Assembly: GCF_009914755.1 (NCBI RefSeq)
Contig: NC_060929.1
Direction: 5' to 3' (one strand)
Length of the DNA: 64,000 nucleotides
Source: the human T2T-CHM13v2.0 reference genome, Homo sapiens
The first letter of the stretch is position 1, and each line of letters starts with the position of its first letter. The notes under the pieces are model-generated. The model made no database searches and was not told the origin of the DNA. It worked only from the letters and a program-made list of their open reading frames with translations. The translations under genes were made by a program, and so were the position numbers. This document shows positions 57,010 to 64,000 of this stretch, piece by piece.

Positions 57010-57515
57010 CATTATCAAGTAGAAGGGGCTCACTGCCCAATGTGCTAGAAGCCAATACTGTGACACCAGGTCTTTGAGAAAAGAAAAGCTTACTATTAAA
57101 CGTCAACTCTTAATGATTTCAAAGCAATAGTTTTATTAGAAAAGGTTGAGGGGGTAGATTCTGAAATTACTAAGTGATTGGTGGAAGGGGAAATGGGAGG
57201 CCTGGAAAGTCCTTGGCCACACACAGTTATCTCTTCATGCAATCTCATGGTTCATATGTGCAAATCCAGGGGGAGTTAGTCTGAACCATGCAGTGGAAAT
57301 TCAGGCTGTGATGTTAGCAAGCTTGTTTCTGCACAGATGCCAGTCAGCCCTATTTGTTCTAACCAATTTCAGCCAGTTCTTTTATAAACAACGGGAGTTT
57401 CAGTGATTAAGCAAGTTGTTTCTTTTTTTACGTGCTATCCTGCAAACTCAAGAATTTTTGTTGGTTATTACTGTGTTGAGGTTTTTTTTCTTAACTCTTT
57501 AGGGACATGGTTTCA
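57010..57515 (-). mobile_element. ERV1-class (MER4-group) solo LTR relic
   Basis: ggggctcactgcccaatg...gaagccaatactgtgacaccagg...tttgagaaaagaaaagctt. Subfamily uncertain. Confidence 0.55.
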
Positions 57516-58037
57516 AGTCTATCCTACTTTCATAGCCCTCTGATGAAATTTTGCCTTTATCCAAACAAAGTCTACTCTGCTTCAGCTGAAGTCTCTGTTG
57601 AAACTCCATTATTCAATTATCCATTTGCCAACTTTCTCAGAACTTTTGTTTCTACCATTTTGAAATTGATCCTGATCAAGAAAGTATTTAACTATTACAA
57701 AATCCAATGAAATGGTTACCCTGTAGCATTTGCCAGTATAAAATGATTTCCTATTTTATGTATTTTAAAATCAAGTGCGTGTGTTAAAAAATATATATAT
57801 ATATATGCGCTACCCTAGCAGCTTACAATTTTTGGCCCACTAATACTTTTCAGCTATACTTTTGTGGTAGTGGCTAAAACCAGATATTATAATTTGAAGG
57901 GAGTTGTACATGTTTTAGATTAACTAGTTTTTAACATGGTTGTTAATCATTCAGAGTAGATAATAATTTTTAAAAGAATATTAAATTAAGGAGAATTGAC
58001 TCATTTGCATCCACATTATGTTGCCAATATGTATCAG

Positions 58038-58383
58038 TATGGTTGGGCCTCTGTCTCCATGGGTTCTGTATCTGTGGATTTGATCAGCCACAGAACAAAA
58101 ATATTAGTGGGGGAAAATGTTGATGATTGCATCTGTACAGAACATGTACAGAATTTTTTTTCTTATTATTCCCTAAACAATACAGTATAACAACTATTTA
58201 TATAACATTTACATTATATTAGGTCTTATAAGTAATCTGGAGATGGTTTAAAGTATATAAGAGGGTGCGTGTAGGTTGTATGCAAATATTGCACCATTTT
58301 GTGTAAGAGACTTTAACATGCATAGATTTCTGTATCCACGGGGGTCCTGGAACCAGTCTCCTACAGATACTGAGGGAAGGCTT
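58038..58383. mobile_element. MER2 (Tigger-derived MITE)
   Basis: ccatgggttctgtatctgtggattt...ccctaaacaatacagtataacaactattta...gtcctggaacca...gatactgaggga. Confidence 0.88.
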
Positions 58384-58452
58384 TACTCGTTTGTATACAT
58401 CCAATTTATCATAATTTGGGGTCATACTGAAATTTTAAAAATTGAATTATGA

Positions 58453-58653
<201 letters not shown>

Positions 58654-59042
58654 TGAGAATTTTTGCATGATGACATTTTAATGTCATGTTTTATTGTTTT
58701 TATATGTTCGATCTCTTTGATTTCTCCTCGTAAAGTCTCCAAGGATTTTGTTTAACATTTCCAGATAACAAAAGAGTCTGTACCTATAGTCAGTATTTTT
58801 ATAGGCTGTAACACTTTACTATTTTCTAGAAAATGTCAACTGCTTTTTTAAAAGGCAGATTTATTATTAGAATATAGTTACACATGGAATTCAGTTATAC
58901 ATCTTTATGTGCAAAACACTATTTAGAAAAAGGCAGTGTACTTAGACTTTCTAACAGTGATAGTACTATCTTATATTTAGTTCACTGTATATCATTTTCC
59001 AAGTACATCTCCACACAACCTCTCTTCTAAATGTTTAAATTA

Positions 59043-59203
<161 letters not shown>

Positions 59204-60586
59204 TAATAATCTCACAATGCTTTGAATCACTTTCGAATTATGAACTTCTTTCATATGTGGACAAACAAAAAGGTGATCAGTCTATGAATATGTCTTGGTA
59301 TTTATTTCTGGTGACTTTCAACACCTTTATGTTAACAACTTTTGACAACAAAGAAAACTTTGAAGTGCTGTATTAATAGTATGTTTTAAAGTTTTTTTCG
59401 TTGTCCAACTTCCTGTTGTAGAAGATACATTCAGAAGTAAAATTTGATCTCATAAGCTTTACAAATAGAGTATTTAATAAGTGAAAGGGATTTGCTTTAC
59501 TTTTAACAATTATTTACTCATTTTAGGAGAAATTTAAAGAAATATGTAAAACGTTTCTAATTTTAATTAAAATATATTAAGTAAACATAATATTGTAGAC
59601 TGCTCATTAATTTCTGTTTACAGAAATTAATTTTTCATGATTTATAATTATTGGTCCTGTTTTGTTATACTGCTTTGCTTGCTATTGAAATATTTCTCAA
59701 TATTACCATGTAACTGCAGAATACCTAGATCATTATCATCTTTATCCTCATTAAGATGGCATTGTCTGTGTTAAGTACATTGTATGTTTTAATGGTTTAA
59801 ATGTGTAAATATTATAAAAATACATATTAACATTTACATGGGTACAAATGAAGCCCCTGAATAATAAGGAACGCCACTGAAAAACTCAGATTTGGGAGGT
59901 GGGATGAACTTGAGGAAAGGTGATTCTGGTCTTACTGTAATTGTTAAAGGACCACAGATGCAAATACCAGATGACAAGTCCTAGTTAAATAAAACAAAAG
60001 AAGATAGCTTTGTAGAGGAGCCAAGCAAGTGTTTATCTAGACTCTGACTAGTAACCTGTTTATATTTTTTAAATGAATAAGAATAATAAACTTCATTAGA
60101 AAATTGAAAATATAATAAAAGGTAGAAAATTGAAAATGAAACCTTCTACTCAACAGTCTAATTATATCTCAAAGCTAATTGCTGCTTGCAGTTTTTAAAT
60201 TTTTTTCCAGAAAAATGTTTAATGCAGATGCTTTAAATTTAATTATGAAACAAATTATACTCCACCACTGTTTCAGATCTTGCTTTTTTTTTTCTTATTA
60301 CTATAATGTGTGATGGTTTTACTGTTTTGCAGTTATCTATACAATTCTACTTTTTTTGGTAATGGCTACAGAATATTCCATTTTGTGGATTTACATAATT
60401 TATTCAACCGCAACTTTATTTGTGGATAGTTTGGTCATTTTTATTTTTATTATTTGTTTTTACAAACAGTGTTCAATGAATATCCTTGGACTCACTGTAA
60501 GAATCATTTGGAAGTGTGTCTGTAGGTAAAAATTCAGTAGTGAGATTGTTGGATCCGAGTTTCTGTGTATTTTGATTTATGTAAAT

Positions 60587-61013
60587 GTATTAGCTTTTGA
60601 TTGCTGCACAAGTAATTATCACAACCTGAGGGCTTAAAGTGACACCCATTTTTTACCTGACAGGGTCTGTAGGTTAGAATTCCTGGCAGCCTTGACTGTG
60701 TTCCGTGCTCAGGGTCTCACAAAGCCAAAATCAGGATGTCAGGCTGAGCTGTTATCTGGAGGCTCTGGGGAAGAATCTGCTACCAAGCTCATTCAGTTGC
60801 TGGCAGAATCATGTCCCTTGCAGCTATATGTCTAAAGTTCCTGTTTCTTTGCCTTCTGTCTGCCAGGGGCATCTCTTAGCTCCTTGAGGTTGCCTGCATC
60901 CCTTTTCACATCGTCTTTCTATCTTCAAAGTCAGCACGGGCCTGCTAAATCCTTCAAGTATTTTGAATTTTTCTAACTTTCTCTTACGTTACTAGCTAAA
61001 GAATACTCTCTAC
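60587..61013 (-). mobile_element. MLT1-type MaLR LTR, cut by the GJA1 retrocopy
   Basis: tgtattag...ctggaggctctggggaagaatctgct...caagctcattcag...ggcagaat...atcttcaaag. Confidence 0.75.

Positions 61014-64000
<2,987 letters not shown>

Overview
Primate genomic DNA, most likely human (it carries an SVA_D-like element plus AluY and L1PA copies). It is AT-rich and repeat-dense, and lies inside the FER tyrosine kinase gene on the + strand. Most of the window is one large intron. Three short FER coding exons (48857-48913, 56115-56230, 58548-58642) encode the SH2-kinase linker and the kinase N-lobe. The window ends in an antisense processed copy of GJA1/connexin-43 (GJA1P1) with an uninterrupted 381-codon frame. 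The intron holds a full-length antisense SVA, a three-level Alu-in-L1-in-L1 nest, a U6 snRNA/L1 chimeric retrocopy, a tail-less internal L1 ORF2 fragment, a short L1 with a mini 3' transduction, two closely spaced inverted Alu pairs, and many old L1M/L2/MIR/MaLR/DNA-transposon relics. The least expected signals are (i) shared non-consensus variants among three neighbouring L1PA copies, suggesting local gene conversion, and (ii) stop-avoiding CpG decay in the connexin retrocopy. I found no wholly new gene system. Repeat subfamily names and comparisons to parent sequences come from recalled consensus sequences, not from a search.
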